This document shows, in pieces, positions 1 through 9,182 of a stretch of DNA of 64,000 nucleotides. Under the pieces are notes generated by a model, which was given only the letters and a program-made list of their open reading frames with translations, was not told the origin of the DNA and did no database searches. The position numbers and the translations under genes are program-made. The first letter of the stretch is position 1, and every line of letters begins with the position of its first letter. The DNA is from Minisyncoccota bacterium (lineage in GTDB: Bacteria; Patescibacteriota; Minisyncoccia; Minisyncoccales; JAQTPW01), in contig JAQTPW010000001.1 of the NCBI GenBank assembly GCA_028712565.1, forward strand, positions 77,114-141,113, in the 5' to 3' direction.

Positions 1-1137
1 TCTGCTTTTTATGGCGGATTTTTATTTGGAAAAGGAAAAGTAATTTGTCAGGTTTGTAAGCCTGAAGAAGTTAATTTTTCTTTATTCTGGGAAGCATGGG
101 ATAAGATTCAGGAAAATTTCGTAGACAAAACAAAATTAGACACGCAAAAAATGATTTACGGAGCAATTTCAGGCATGGTGAATTCTTTGGAGGACCCTTA
201 TACTGTCTTTTTTTCGCCGGAAGAATCAAAAATATTTCAAGAAGATGTAAGCGGATCTTTTGAGGGTTTGGGCATGGAGGTAGGGATTAAAGACGGCCAG
301 CTCCAAGTTTTGTCGCCCTTGGAAGGCTCTCCAGCCAAAGCAGCTGGTTTGCGGGCAGGCGACAAAATTATGCAAATTGGAGAAATAATTACTGCCGATT
401 TGACAATTGATGAAGCAGTAAGTTTGATGCGGGGGCCAAAAGGAACGCAGGTTACTTTGACAATTTTAAGAGACAAGTGGGATGCGCCAAAAGAAATTAC
501 TTTAACTCGGGCTGTGATTATTGTTCCGACTTTGAAGCTAGAATTTTTGGAAAATAATTCTATAGCTTATGTGACTATTTATCAGTTTTCGGAAAACGCC
601 GACTCTGAGTTTTATAATGTGGCGCTTCGCATTCTGGACAGTTCGGCGGAAAAAATAATTCTAGACCTTAGAGACAATCCCGGAGGATCTTTAGCCGCAG
701 TTGAAAATATCGCCGGGTGGTTTTTGGAAAAAGGCGAAATTATTGTTATTGAGGATTCTGGCGGAAATGCCGAAAAACTTTATGACAAATCTTATGGCCC
801 CTCATCTTTTGCCACTTATCCCACGGTTGTCCTGATAAATGGGGGATCGGCCTCTGCCTCTGAAATTTTGGCGGGAGCATTGCGAGATGATAGAAACATA
901 AAACTAATCGGAGAAAAATCTTTTGGCAAAGGATTAGTCCAGCAAGTAGTAGAACTGACTCAGGAAAAAGGCGCTTCTCTTAAAATAACAATTGCAAAAT
1001 GGCTGACTCCAAATGGCGAACTTATTAACGATATCGGATTGGTTCCCGACATTGAAGTCAAAAATACCGACGAAGACATTGAGGCCGGAAGAGACCCGCA
1101 GCTAGATAAGGCAATTGAAATTATCAAAGGAATATAG
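1..1137 (+). CDS. ctpA: Carboxyl-terminal processing protease (S41 family, PDZ domain); 5' end lies upstream of the window
   Basis: The frame is open from position 1. The PDZ segment (GLRAGDKIMQIGE) and S41 catalytic region (NPGGSL...GGSASASEILAGAL...KGLVQ) are visible in the translation. Confidence 0.85.
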   Translation, partial: SAFYGGFLFGKGKVICQVCKPEEVNFSLFWEAWDKIQENFVDKTKLDTQKMIYGAISGMVNSLEDPYTVFFSPEESKIFQEDVSGSFEGLGMEVGIKDGQLQVLSPLEGSPAKAAGLRAGDKIMQIGEIITADLTIDEAVSLMRGPKGTQVTLTILRDKWDAPKEITLTRAVIIVPTLKLEFLENNSIAYVTIYQFSENADSEFYNVALRILDSSAEKIILDLRDNPGGSLAAVENIAGWFLEKGEIIVIEDSGGNAEKLYDKSYGPSSFATYPTVVLINGGSASASEILAGALRDDRNIKLIGEKSFGKGLVQQVVELTQEKGASLKITIAKWLTPNGELINDIGLVPDIEVKNTDEDIEAGRDPQLDKAIEIIKGI

Positions 1138-1151
1138 TATAATTCTCTAAT

Positions 1152-1604
1152 ATGAAGGTAATCTTTTTAAAAGATGTAGAGAAGCTTGGCAAGAAATATG
1201 AGGTGAAGGAAATAAAGAATGGTTATGCCAGAAATTTTTTGATTCCTAAAGGTTTGGCAAAGCCAGCCACTACAGAGCTTTTGGCGTGGGCGCAGACCCA
1301 AAAAGAGATATTAGAAAAAGAATCAGAGGAAGAATTGAAGAAAATCCAAGATATTGCTTCAGCTATTGATGGCCAAGAGGTGGTCGTTCCGGTTAAAGTT
1401 GGAGAAGAAGAACAGCTTTTTGAATCAGTGAATCCCCAGAAAATCTGCGAAAAACTAAAAGAAATGGGTTTTGAGGTAAAAAAGAGCCAGATAGAATTAA
1501 AAGAGCCGATCAAGGAGCTTGGAGAATATCCAGTAAAAATTAAATTTGAACACAATTTAGAATCCGAAATAACTGTAATTGTAACCAAAGGAGAAGAAAA
1601 GTAA
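1152..1604 (+). CDS. rplI: 50S ribosomal protein L9
   Basis: N-terminus [36 protein letters not shown] is the L9 signature; 150 aa. Confidence 0.9.
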   Translation: MKVIFLKDVEKLGKKYEVKEIKNGYARNFLIPKGLAKPATTELLAWAQTQKEILEKESEEELKKIQDIASAIDGQEVVVPVKVGEEEQLFESVNPQKICEKLKEMGFEVKKSQIELKEPIKELGEYPVKIKFEHNLESEITVIVTKGEEK

Positions 1605-1695
1605 TATGCCCCGTTAGAAGTCGGCTCATTGTGTGATAGCGATTTTTATTGGGGCAAAATTTATTTTTTTATTTTTAAAGTAATTGTCCTGAGAA

Positions 1696-1730
1696 TTGCG
1701 AAAAAATTTTAATTTAAAATTTTTTCGCAA
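1696..1730. promoter_or_regulatory. Perfect 35-bp palindrome (17-bp arms, 1-nt centre) in the pyrG leader, ending 18 bp before the pyrG ATG
   Basis: ttgcgaaaaaattttaa-t-ttaaaattttttcgcaa; the left arm is the exact reverse complement of the right arm. Confidence 0.5.
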
Positions 1731-1747
1731 AGGACTTCTAACTGGGT

Positions 1748-3397
1748 ATGCCAAAATATATTTTTGTAGCCGGCGGGGTTATGTCTGGTATTGGAAAGGG
1801 AGTGACTACTGCTTCTATCGGAAAAATTCTGCAGTCAAAGGGGTTTGGAGTAACAGCAATAAAAATTGATCCTTATATAAATGTTGACGCCGGAACCATG
1901 AACCCAGTTGAGCATGGAGAGGTTTTTGTGACCGATGACGGAACTGAATGCGATCAAGATATCGGAAATTATGAGAGATTTTTAAACGAGGATCTCTCAA
2001 CTGACAATTATATGACCACCGGAAGGGTTTATGATGCGGTTATCCGTCGCGAAAGAAATTTAGAATACGGCGGAAAATGCGTAGAGGTTGTTCCGCATAT
2101 TCCAAACGAAGTGATTGATAGAATCCAAAAGGCGGCAAAAAAAACAAAAGCAGATTTCGTTTTAATTGAAATTGGCGGAACAGTGGGGGAGTACCAGAAT
2201 CTTTTATTTTTGGAAGCCGCCAGAATGCTAAAACTTCAACATCCAAAGGATGTTCTTTTTGTTTTAGTAAGCTATCTGCCGGTTCCAAAAATGATAGGCG
2301 AGATGAAAACAAAGCCAACCCAATATGCGGTAAGGACTTTGAACTCTTCGGGAATTCAGCCAGATATAATTGTGGCAAGGTCTGAAGTTCCCATTGACCA
2401 GCCGAGAAAGCGCAAAATTTCCATATTCTGCAATATTCAGGAAAAAGACGTGATTTCCGCCCCTGACATAGAATCAATTTATGAAATCCCGATTAATTTC
2501 GAAAAAGATAAAATCGGAACATTGATTTTGCAAAAATTCGGCATTGGGGCAAAAAAAGAAAATCTCAAAGATTGGGCAAATTTGGTAAAAACAATTAAAA
2601 CTGCCAGAAAAAAAGTAAAAATCGGCATTGTTGGAAAATATTTTGAAACAGGGGACTTTACCCTGTCTGATTCCTATATTTCAGTAATTGAGGCGGTAAA
2701 GCACGCGGCATTTTTTCATAAATTAAAACCGGAATTAACTTGGCTGTCTTCCGAGGTATATGAAAAAAATCCGGGAAAATTAAAAGAGTTGAAAAATTTT
2801 GACGGAATTATAGTTCCGGGCGGCTTTGGATCTCGAGGAGTGGAAGGAAAAATAAAAACTATTGAGTATTGCCGAAAAAATAAAATTCCTTATTTTGGCC
2901 TTTGTTTTGGGCTGCAGTTAGCCGTTGTTGAGTTTGCCAGAAATGTTTGCGGAATGAAAGATGCCAATACCACAGAAATTGTAAAACATTCAAAATATCC
3001 TGTAATTGATGTGATGCCCGAGCAAAAAGCTTTGATTGCGGAAAAGAGGTATGGAGCCACAATGCGGCTTGGAACCTACCCTTGTCAGGTGAAAAAAGGG
3101 ACGATTGCATATTCGTCGTATTCAAAAGCCAAATGGGGCAAAGAAAATAAAAAAGGAGATATTTTAATCCAGGAAAGGCATCGGCACAGATACGAATTAA
3201 ACAATGAATTTAAAAGCAATTTGGAGGAAAAGGGGCTGATAATGTCGGGCATAAATCCTGAAAGGGATCTGGTTGAAATAATTGAAATTAAAAATCACCC
3301 ATTTTTTGTGGGAACGCAATTCCATCCTGAATTAAAATCCAGGCCTTTAAACCCCCATCCTTTATTCAGAGAATTTATCAGGGCTTGCATAAGATAA
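1748..3397 (+). CDS. pyrG: CTP synthase
   Basis: MPKYIFVAGGVMSGIGKG P-loop N-terminus; glutamine amidotransferase C-terminal half (GLCFGLQ, HRHRYE); 549 aa. Confidence 0.95.
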   Translation: MPKYIFVAGGVMSGIGKGVTTASIGKILQSKGFGVTAIKIDPYINVDAGTMNPVEHGEVFVTDDGTECDQDIGNYERFLNEDLSTDNYMTTGRVYDAVIRRERNLEYGGKCVEVVPHIPNEVIDRIQKAAKKTKADFVLIEIGGTVGEYQNLLFLEAARMLKLQHPKDVLFVLVSYLPVPKMIGEMKTKPTQYAVRTLNSSGIQPDIIVARSEVPIDQPRKRKISIFCNIQEKDVISAPDIESIYEIPINFEKDKIGTLILQKFGIGAKKENLKDWANLVKTIKTARKKVKIGIVGKYFETGDFTLSDSYISVIEAVKHAAFFHKLKPELTWLSSEVYEKNPGKLKELKNFDGIIVPGGFGSRGVEGKIKTIEYCRKNKIPYFGLCFGLQLAVVEFARNVCGMKDANTTEIVKHSKYPVIDVMPEQKALIAEKRYGATMRLGTYPCQVKKGTIAYSSYSKAKWGKENKKGDILIQERHRHRYELNNEFKSNLEEKGLIMSGINPERDLVEIIEIKNHPFFVGTQFHPELKSRPLNPHPLFREFIRACIR

Positions 3398-3408
3398 AAT
3401 TTTAAAAC

Positions 3409-3440
3409 AAAAGCTGGCTTTCGCCAGCTAATTTGTTGAG
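3409..3440. terminator. Bidirectional rho-independent terminator between pyrG (+) and rpmA (-)
   Basis: Stem agctggc / gccagct with tttc loop, flanked by T/A runs on both strands. Confidence 0.6.
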
Positions 3441-3458
3441 ATTAAATTTTTGGAAATA

Positions 3459-3734
3459 TTACGGTTTCAAATTCACTATTTTGGCTACCTTTTTAGACCG
3501 GTCAAAATGAGTTATTCTTTTTGTAATAAAGTGGACAGTCCCAGCTTTTTTCGCGTACAAAGTATTATCATTTCCCATTGCCACATTTTCTCCAGCAATG
3601 AATCTTGTTCCTCTTTGACGAACTAAAATCTGGCCAGGTTTGGCTTTCTGGCCGTCAAAAAGTTTGATTCCAAGGTATTTAGGCAGAGAATCCCTGCCCA
3701 ACCCCGTTACTCCGCTAGCTTTAGTTTTTGCCAT
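3459..3734 (-). CDS. rpmA: 50S ribosomal protein L27
   Basis: MAKTKASGVTGLGRDSLPKYLGIKLFDGQ... is the canonical L27 sequence; 91 aa. Confidence 0.95.
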   Translation of the reverse strand: MAKTKASGVTGLGRDSLPKYLGIKLFDGQKAKPGQILVRQRGTRFIAGENVAMGNDNTLYAKKAGTVHFITKRITHFDRSKKVAKIVNLKP

Positions 3735-3760
3735 AAATTTTATATTAATTCAATAAAATT

Positions 3761-4000
3761 ATGCTATCAAATTTAAAGCAATTTGTCAAAGATCACCAAA
3801 ACGACATTATTCTGCTCCTTGGCGTCATTTTGATTTCCTTGCTTTCTTTCGCTATGGGCTATATTTTCGCAAAACAACAAGCAAAAGAGCAAATAAAATT
3901 TGAATATAATTCGAATCCGCAAAAAAATAATCCGAATATTATCCGAATCGCATCCGAATGCCCCGAATATCGTATTTGTAGATTCGAATTTTATTCGTAG
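3761..4000 (+). CDS. Small membrane protein (one TM helix); the C-terminal ~25 codons are encoded by a hexamer-repeat array, so the true stop is uncertain
   Basis: Hydrophobic segment IILLLGVILISLLSFAMGYIF; the 3' end overlaps the CCGAAT repeats. Confidence 0.35.
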   Translation: MLSNLKQFVKDHQNDIILLLGVILISLLSFAMGYIFAKQQAKEQIKFEYNSNPQKNNPNIIRIASECPEYRICRFEFYS

Positions 4001-4010
4001 ATTCGTATTG
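3912..4010. repeat. Phased array of CCGAAT / ATTCG hexamers at ~10-11 bp spacing, immediately upstream of the oxidoreductase-uppS operon
   Basis: ccgaat at 3932, 3943, 3954 and 3963, cgaat at 3912, then inverted attcg copies at 3982-4006. Confidence 0.5.
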
Positions 4011-4014
4011 TATT

Positions 4015-4938
4015 ATGAAAGTAGCAATTATTGGAGCTGGGATTTGTGGCTTATATTTAGCAAAGCATCTTTCTGAAAAAGGAAATGAAGTTTTTGTTTT
4101 TGAAAGAAGAAAGGAAATCGGAAAAGAATCATGTTCTGGCCTATTTTCAGAAAGAATTTTGGAATTTATTCCAGAAAGCAAAAATTTGATCCAAAATAAA
4201 ATAGATTTTGTTCTTATTCATTTTCCCAAGAAAACTTTAACGGTTAAATTTTCCAAAAAATTTTTTGTAATGAACCATTCTTCTTTAGATAAATTGGCGG
4301 CAGAGTTGGCGCAAAAGGCAGGAGCTAAAATTATGCTGGGGCAGCAGATTGAGTCCTCGGTTATAAATTTTGATAAGATTTTGGGCTGCGATGGGGCATT
4401 ATCCCATGTTAGGCGAATTTTAAAATTAAAAGACCCGGATTTTAGATTGGGAATCCAAGGATTTTCAGCCGAAGAAGATTTTTCAAATTTTGTAGAAACC
4501 TGGGCGACAAAATCCGGATTTATCTGGAAAATTCCACGAGGAAGGGAAACAGAATACGGGATAATTGAAGCGCCAAAAGAAGCGAAAAATATTTTTGATA
4601 ATTTTTTAAAAAGTAAAAATTTAAATTTAAAAAGGATGAATTCTGCGATTATTCCGCAGGGCTTAATGATACCCAAAAATAAAAAAATCACATTATGCGG
4701 AGATAGCGCAGGCCTCACAAAACCATGGTCGGGCGGGGGAGTTGTGTGGGGAATAATTTTGGCAAATCTGCTCTTGAAAAATTTCCCGAATTTCTTAAAA
4801 TATCAGGAAGAGGCAAAGAATTTCTTTTTGCCGAAAATATTTTTTTCAAAATTTTCGGCAAAAACACTTTATTTTTTAGGATTTAATTTTCCTTGGATTT
4901 TGCCAAAAAAATATAAAATTGATGGAGATTTCATTTAA
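4015..4938 (+). CDS. FAD-dependent oxidoreductase, geranylgeranyl reductase family
   Basis: GxGxxG N-terminus (IIGAGICGLYLA), GCDGALSHVRR and GDSAGLTKPWSGGGV motifs typical of GGR-type flavoproteins. Confidence 0.6.
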   Translation: MKVAIIGAGICGLYLAKHLSEKGNEVFVFERRKEIGKESCSGLFSERILEFIPESKNLIQNKIDFVLIHFPKKTLTVKFSKKFFVMNHSSLDKLAAELAQKAGAKIMLGQQIESSVINFDKILGCDGALSHVRRILKLKDPDFRLGIQGFSAEEDFSNFVETWATKSGFIWKIPRGRETEYGIIEAPKEAKNIFDNFLKSKNLNLKRMNSAIIPQGLMIPKNKKITLCGDSAGLTKPWSGGGVVWGIILANLLLKNFPNFLKYQEEAKNFFLPKIFFSKFSAKTLYFLGFNFPWILPKKYKIDGDFI

Positions 4939-4940
4939 AT

Positions 4941-5624
4941 ATGCCAAGTAAAAAAAATTTAAATCATTTGGGAATAATACTGGATGGGAATAGGAGGTGG
5001 GCGCGGGAAAAAGGAATGCCAAAATTTGTTGGCCACAAAATTGGCTTGGAAAAGATAAAAGATGTTGCTAATTGGTGCAACGAAAGAAAAATAAAAATTT
5101 TAACCTTATTTGTTTTTTCAACCGAAAACTGGAACAGGGAAAAGCAGGAAATCAATTATTTAATGAGATTGATCCAAAAAGCAATAGCTGATAACTTGGA
5201 GGAATTGCATAAAAAAGGCATTCGGATAAGGGTAATTGGCCAGAAAGACCGGCTTCCGAAATTTGTCCAAGAATCAATAAAAAAAGCTGAGGATCTGACG
5301 GAAAAGAATCTAGGAATGGTGCTGAATTTCGCCCTAAGCTACGGCGGCCGGGCCGAAATTGTCAGCGCTATTAAAAATATTGTTGAAAAGAAAATTCCTT
5401 TGGATAAAATAAACGAGGAAACAATAAAAGAAAATCTCTGGACTTCGGATGTTGATTTGGTTATCAGAACGGGGAAAGAAATGAGGATTTCCAATTTTTT
5501 GATCTGGCAAGCGGCGTATTCTGAGCTTTATTTCTTGCCAAAATACTGGCCGGATTTTTCAGAAAAAGATTTGGATAATGCGATTTCAGAATACAACTTG
5601 CGCCAAAGAAGATTCGGAAAATAA
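4941..5624 (+). CDS. uppS: Undecaprenyl-diphosphate synthase (cis-prenyltransferase)
   Basis: LGIILDGNRRWAREKG and downstream RTGKEMRISNFLIWQAAYSELYF motifs; start 2 nt after the upstream gene's stop. Confidence 0.9.
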   Translation: MPSKKNLNHLGIILDGNRRWAREKGMPKFVGHKIGLEKIKDVANWCNERKIKILTLFVFSTENWNREKQEINYLMRLIQKAIADNLEELHKKGIRIRVIGQKDRLPKFVQESIKKAEDLTEKNLGMVLNFALSYGGRAEIVSAIKNIVEKKIPLDKINEETIKENLWTSDVDLVIRTGKEMRISNFLIWQAAYSELYFLPKYWPDFSEKDLDNAISEYNLRQRRFGK

Positions 5625-5629
5625 GTTCG

Positions 5630-5675
5630 CAAAAACCCCCGCCCTTCGAAAATCTCAGGGCGGGGGTTTTGTATA
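5630..5675. terminator. Bidirectional rho-independent terminator
   Basis: cccccgccct ... agggcggggg GC-rich stem followed by tttt; it lies between convergent genes. Confidence 0.7.
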
Positions 5676-5688
5676 TATTTGAGTTCCT

Positions 5689-8595
5689 TTACCAGTTAAA
5701 GGGAGTAATTTCTCTCCACCAAGGATAAGGTCTTTTTACATTAATTTCTTTGGTTAATACGCATGAGTATCCTGAAGAATCGGATGCCTCTAGTTTAATT
5801 TCTTGATCTTCTCCGATTGGAAATTTAACCGTAATTGTGCAATCAGAATTTTTGTTCCCGGTAACCATATTTGTTCCATTGGGCAAAGTCCACTTGCAAT
5901 TTTCAATACTGTATCCGGGGGCGGCTTCAGAAGTGCTTCTTAAGGTGACTGGCGCATTCTCAACTATTCTTGTGCTTTCACAATCATTATCATCGCAGAG
6001 GAAATCCACAAATGGCGATGGATGGGATTGGGTTGAAATGGTGACTGATGGAGTTGACCAATTAGACCAAAGGCCGCCATAAGATATTCCAAACTCGTCA
6101 ACAACATCGTCTTTTACACGGACTCTCCAATAATAAGTTTGATTGTAGCCAATTTTTGGATTATTGCAGTCATTATCCGGCAAAGTGGAAACTTTTAAGG
6201 CCGAAGTTCCTTCTCCATTCGGCAGAACAAGTTCGTCATGCGTGCAGTCAATATCAATAGATGCAAAACTTGGGTCAGTGGAAACTTGGAATTGGTATTG
6301 CGTTTGATTATTGCCATCATCATCTTTATAAGTCCAGCCCAAATTAATTTGGCCTTGCCATGCAATTGGAAGACAGTATTTTTCGGCAGTTATTCCCGGA
6401 GCGCTGACTTTCGGTCGCTTATCAACAAAAATTCGCTTTCCGGCAGGTACCGATTCATTTCCAGCCAAATCTATGCAATGTGCATATGCGTAATGATTTC
6501 CCGCATCCATAAATGCATAAGCGATTTTCGCCACACCTTTTTTATTATCCGCGGGGTCGGAGAAGCTAATAGCCATTTCGCCATTAAAAGAATAATTTGT
6601 TGGTGAATCTTCGGCAGAAATTTGAAAATCACAAGAATGTTCTCCAAATCCAGATCCGGTTCCGGAAGTTAAATTTAAGTCAGAAATATCAGAAGAAAAT
6701 ACTTCGCTTTCACCACGTGGAGCAACAAAAGGGACAATACGAGTTACTGTGGGCGCAGTCCAGTCAATACTAAAACTTCTGCAGGCGTTTGGGGTCAAAG
6801 GATCAGAACAATCTGTGCTTACATTATTCCGCAGGTCAGTTGCCCGGACCGAGATTTTGCATTTATTATTTCCTTGGGAATGGCAACTTTTAGCAGCTCC
6901 AACTAAAATATTTTTATTTATTACAAAATTAGTTCCGTTGCAAGGTATATTAGTCCAAGAATCTACAGGCGGAGTAATTACAGCCCCAGAATCGTCAAAG
7001 CTTTGAACCAGATATTCACATTTTAGCAATCCGCCGTTATCAGTAAATTTAAATCCAGCGCTAAGACTTGGTGATTTTTGCCAGGAGCCAGCAGCCGGGG
7101 AAATAATTTCAGCTTTTGGTATTTCCGTATCCTCACCTATATTAAATTTTCTTGAAGCCGTTGGTCCTTGATTTCCGGCGCAATCTACAGACCACACTCT
7201 TATTTCGCAAGTTAATGCTTCGCCATTTGCGAAAACAGTTCTAGTGCAGTCTTTGGAAATATCGCCAGTTTCTCCGGTAGTAATCGCAAAATTAGAAGAA
7301 TTGCCGCTTTTCCCCCAAGGCCTTGTCAATTTATTATCACAGCCGCGTACACAACTTCCATGATCCAAAATTTTATAGTATGCGGTTCCTTGGCCGGAAG
7401 GAGGAGTTGGAGGCGGAGAATCATTATCAAGGATGTGGGCTGTAAAACTGGAATTAACCGGTATATATGCGCCTTCAGGAGGCGTATCGCCTTCAAAAAT
7501 TGAATCGGGTCCCTTTGTATCAAGGGTGGCATTATTGGGAGTTATAGTTTTCGAAAATGTTTCTGTATTCCCAGCCACATCTGTGCAGGTAATATATACT
7601 TTAGTTCCTACAGCGCAAAACGTATAAGATGTATAAATGGTGCGGTTCATTTTAGTGCCGCCAGCCTCTGTGTCTGCAGGCGCTTCGTATTCATATGAAC
7701 CATCATTATTCGTATCAATGTAGAAAAGGCAACTTTGTATTTCCATATTATCGGTGACGTCAGCGCGCAACAATGTCGGAGTATAAAAGAGAGCTGAGGT
7801 AGGCCGAAGGTTTGCAATAACAGGTTTTTCCCAATCAACAGCTATTTTCCACTCTGCAGTAGTGTAAGTATTTCCAGCTCTGTCTTTTGTAATACCTTTA
7901 ATTTTACACATATCAGCTCCTTGCTCGTGGCAATTTTTTCCAATACCTACTGTGACAGGCTGGTCTCTATCGGTTTCAAAAGCGCCCGAGCAAGCTGCGC
8001 CGGAAATAATAACTTCAGGATCACTTCCGCTGGTAACAGAATAGTCGCAGGAGCTTAATTTCGAAACTTTACTCGAAGTCAAGCCGCCGGGATTATCCGA
8101 ATATTTAATATGAACCGTAAAATCATTCTTTGCCCAGCGTTTTCCGACGCCATCCAAAGGAAGAACAGGATTCGTGCTCCCCGGGATCACAGCAGATACA
8201 TACCAGTCAGTATTATAAACTCTCGTATGGTTTGCGCTGGGAATTCCATCAGCATTTTTTGAGTAGACAATGACGGTGCAGGTATTTACGCCATTAGACG
8301 GGCAATTGTTCTTAACGACTTCAAAAGACCAATCACTATTACAAATTCGCGAAGCATTGGCTACGGTAAAACCGCCGCCATGCGATATTTTATAAAAACA
8401 TGTGCAAGGTGCAACATCGCATGTATCTTTGACATCAAACCAATTTCCATTCTCTTTGTTAGATAGCCAAGAGCCCGCAGCCGGATCCATTATTCTGGAA
8501 ATTGGTGCAGCCTCTGCGTTTGAAAGAATGACAAAGCTGAAAAATAAAAAGAAGGCGAAAAATAAAACTATTTTAAAGGAGAAATTTTTTTTCAT
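5689..8595 (-). CDS. Large secreted Cys-rich protein (signal peptide; many NxT/S sites and paired cysteines)
   Basis: 968 aa ORF; N-terminus MKKNFSFKIVLFFAFFLFFSFVILSNAEA is a signal peptide; no recognisable enzymatic motif. Confidence 0.7.
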   Translation of the reverse strand: MKKNFSFKIVLFFAFFLFFSFVILSNAEAAPISRIMDPAAGSWLSNKENGNWFDVKDTCDVAPCTCFYKISHGGGFTVANASRICNSDWSFEVVKNNCPSNGVNTCTVIVYSKNADGIPSANHTRVYNTDWYVSAVIPGSTNPVLPLDGVGKRWAKNDFTVHIKYSDNPGGLTSSKVSKLSSCDYSVTSGSDPEVIISGAACSGAFETDRDQPVTVGIGKNCHEQGADMCKIKGITKDRAGNTYTTAEWKIAVDWEKPVIANLRPTSALFYTPTLLRADVTDNMEIQSCLFYIDTNNDGSYEYEAPADTEAGGTKMNRTIYTSYTFCAVGTKVYITCTDVAGNTETFSKTITPNNATLDTKGPDSIFEGDTPPEGAYIPVNSSFTAHILDNDSPPPTPPSGQGTAYYKILDHGSCVRGCDNKLTRPWGKSGNSSNFAITTGETGDISKDCTRTVFANGEALTCEIRVWSVDCAGNQGPTASRKFNIGEDTEIPKAEIISPAAGSWQKSPSLSAGFKFTDNGGLLKCEYLVQSFDDSGAVITPPVDSWTNIPCNGTNFVINKNILVGAAKSCHSQGNNKCKISVRATDLRNNVSTDCSDPLTPNACRSFSIDWTAPTVTRIVPFVAPRGESEVFSSDISDLNLTSGTGSGFGEHSCDFQISAEDSPTNYSFNGEMAISFSDPADNKKGVAKIAYAFMDAGNHYAYAHCIDLAGNESVPAGKRIFVDKRPKVSAPGITAEKYCLPIAWQGQINLGWTYKDDDGNNQTQYQFQVSTDPSFASIDIDCTHDELVLPNGEGTSALKVSTLPDNDCNNPKIGYNQTYYWRVRVKDDVVDEFGISYGGLWSNWSTPSVTISTQSHPSPFVDFLCDDNDCESTRIVENAPVTLRSTSEAAPGYSIENCKWTLPNGTNMVTGNKNSDCTITVKFPIGEDQEIKLEASDSSGYSCVLTKEINVKRPYPWWREITPFNW

Positions 8596-8596
8596 T

Positions 8597-9037
8597 TTAT
8601 TGGGGCATCACCTCTATTGAAGTGACGCTGTTAATTTTTGTTTTATTGGCAATATTTTCTGAACTGGTAAGAAAAACCTGCTGGCCTTCTTTTAGTTCAG
8701 AAATTGTTATTGTCGTTTCTGTAGGAGTAAAAGTGATTTCTTGCGGAGGATTATTAATATCAAAAGGAAATTCTATCTTTGTAATTTTTGTTGCGGCGCT
8801 AATTACCGCAGTTACGGGTTTTGCATTTTCTTCAATAGGATTAATAACTATTGTATACTTTCTGGCATCAACCTTTGAAACAAAACCATTTAATTCAAAT
8901 ATTTTTTCGGTAGTTTCTGTAAAATTGGCTGGCTCGGCTGGATTGAATTTATAATAATACATAAAATAAGCTCCTGCCGCCAAAGCCGCGAAAAATAAGA
9001 TTAAAATGAGGAAAAAAATAGGTTTTGATTTTTTCAT
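8597..9037 (-). CDS. N-terminally membrane-anchored hypothetical protein, translationally coupled to the downstream large secreted protein
   Basis: 146 aa; TM segment IFFLILILFFAALAAGAYF; its stop overlaps the next gene's start. Confidence 0.6.
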   Translation of the reverse strand: MKKSKPIFFLILILFFAALAAGAYFMYYYKFNPAEPANFTETTEKIFELNGFVSKVDARKYTIVINPIEENAKPVTAVISAATKITKIEFPFDINNPPQEITFTPTETTITISELKEGQQVFLTSSENIANKTKINSVTSIEVMPQ

Positions 9038-9182
9038 AGTTGTTTTTTTATTTTACCACAAAACTACTTGTCAAGGAACAACTTGCAAAATAAGAAAAGG
9101 GGTTATATATTAGAGTAAGATAATAAAATATTTTTCATATTTTTGCCCTTTAAAATAAGCAACAGTTAGAAGGAGGTGCGTA

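Noticed and set aside
237-476. Numerous antisense or alternative-frame ORFs in the track that lie inside well-supported genes (for example 237..476-, 1223..1588-, 2040..2477-, 6238..6606+, 11019..11483-, 25510..25974+, 61942..62358-)
   Set aside because: They lie entirely within longer ORFs with clear family identity. They lack RBSs and are typical shadow ORFs. The pair 61942..62358- and 62413..62676- merely reflects nucleotide repeats in the giant gene.
1609-1619. Shared 11-mer gccccgttaga at 1609 and 40363, considered as a regulatory motif
   Set aside because: Hundreds of 11-mer coincidences are expected by chance in a 64-kb window, and there is no extended similarity around the matches.
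3912-4010. Short direct repeats (CCGAAT array; also CCAATAG x3 at 17067) considered as a CRISPR array
   Set aside because: Units are 6-7 bp with 3-5 bp spacers and degenerate copies. That is far too short and irregular for CRISPR repeats or spacers, and no cas genes are present.
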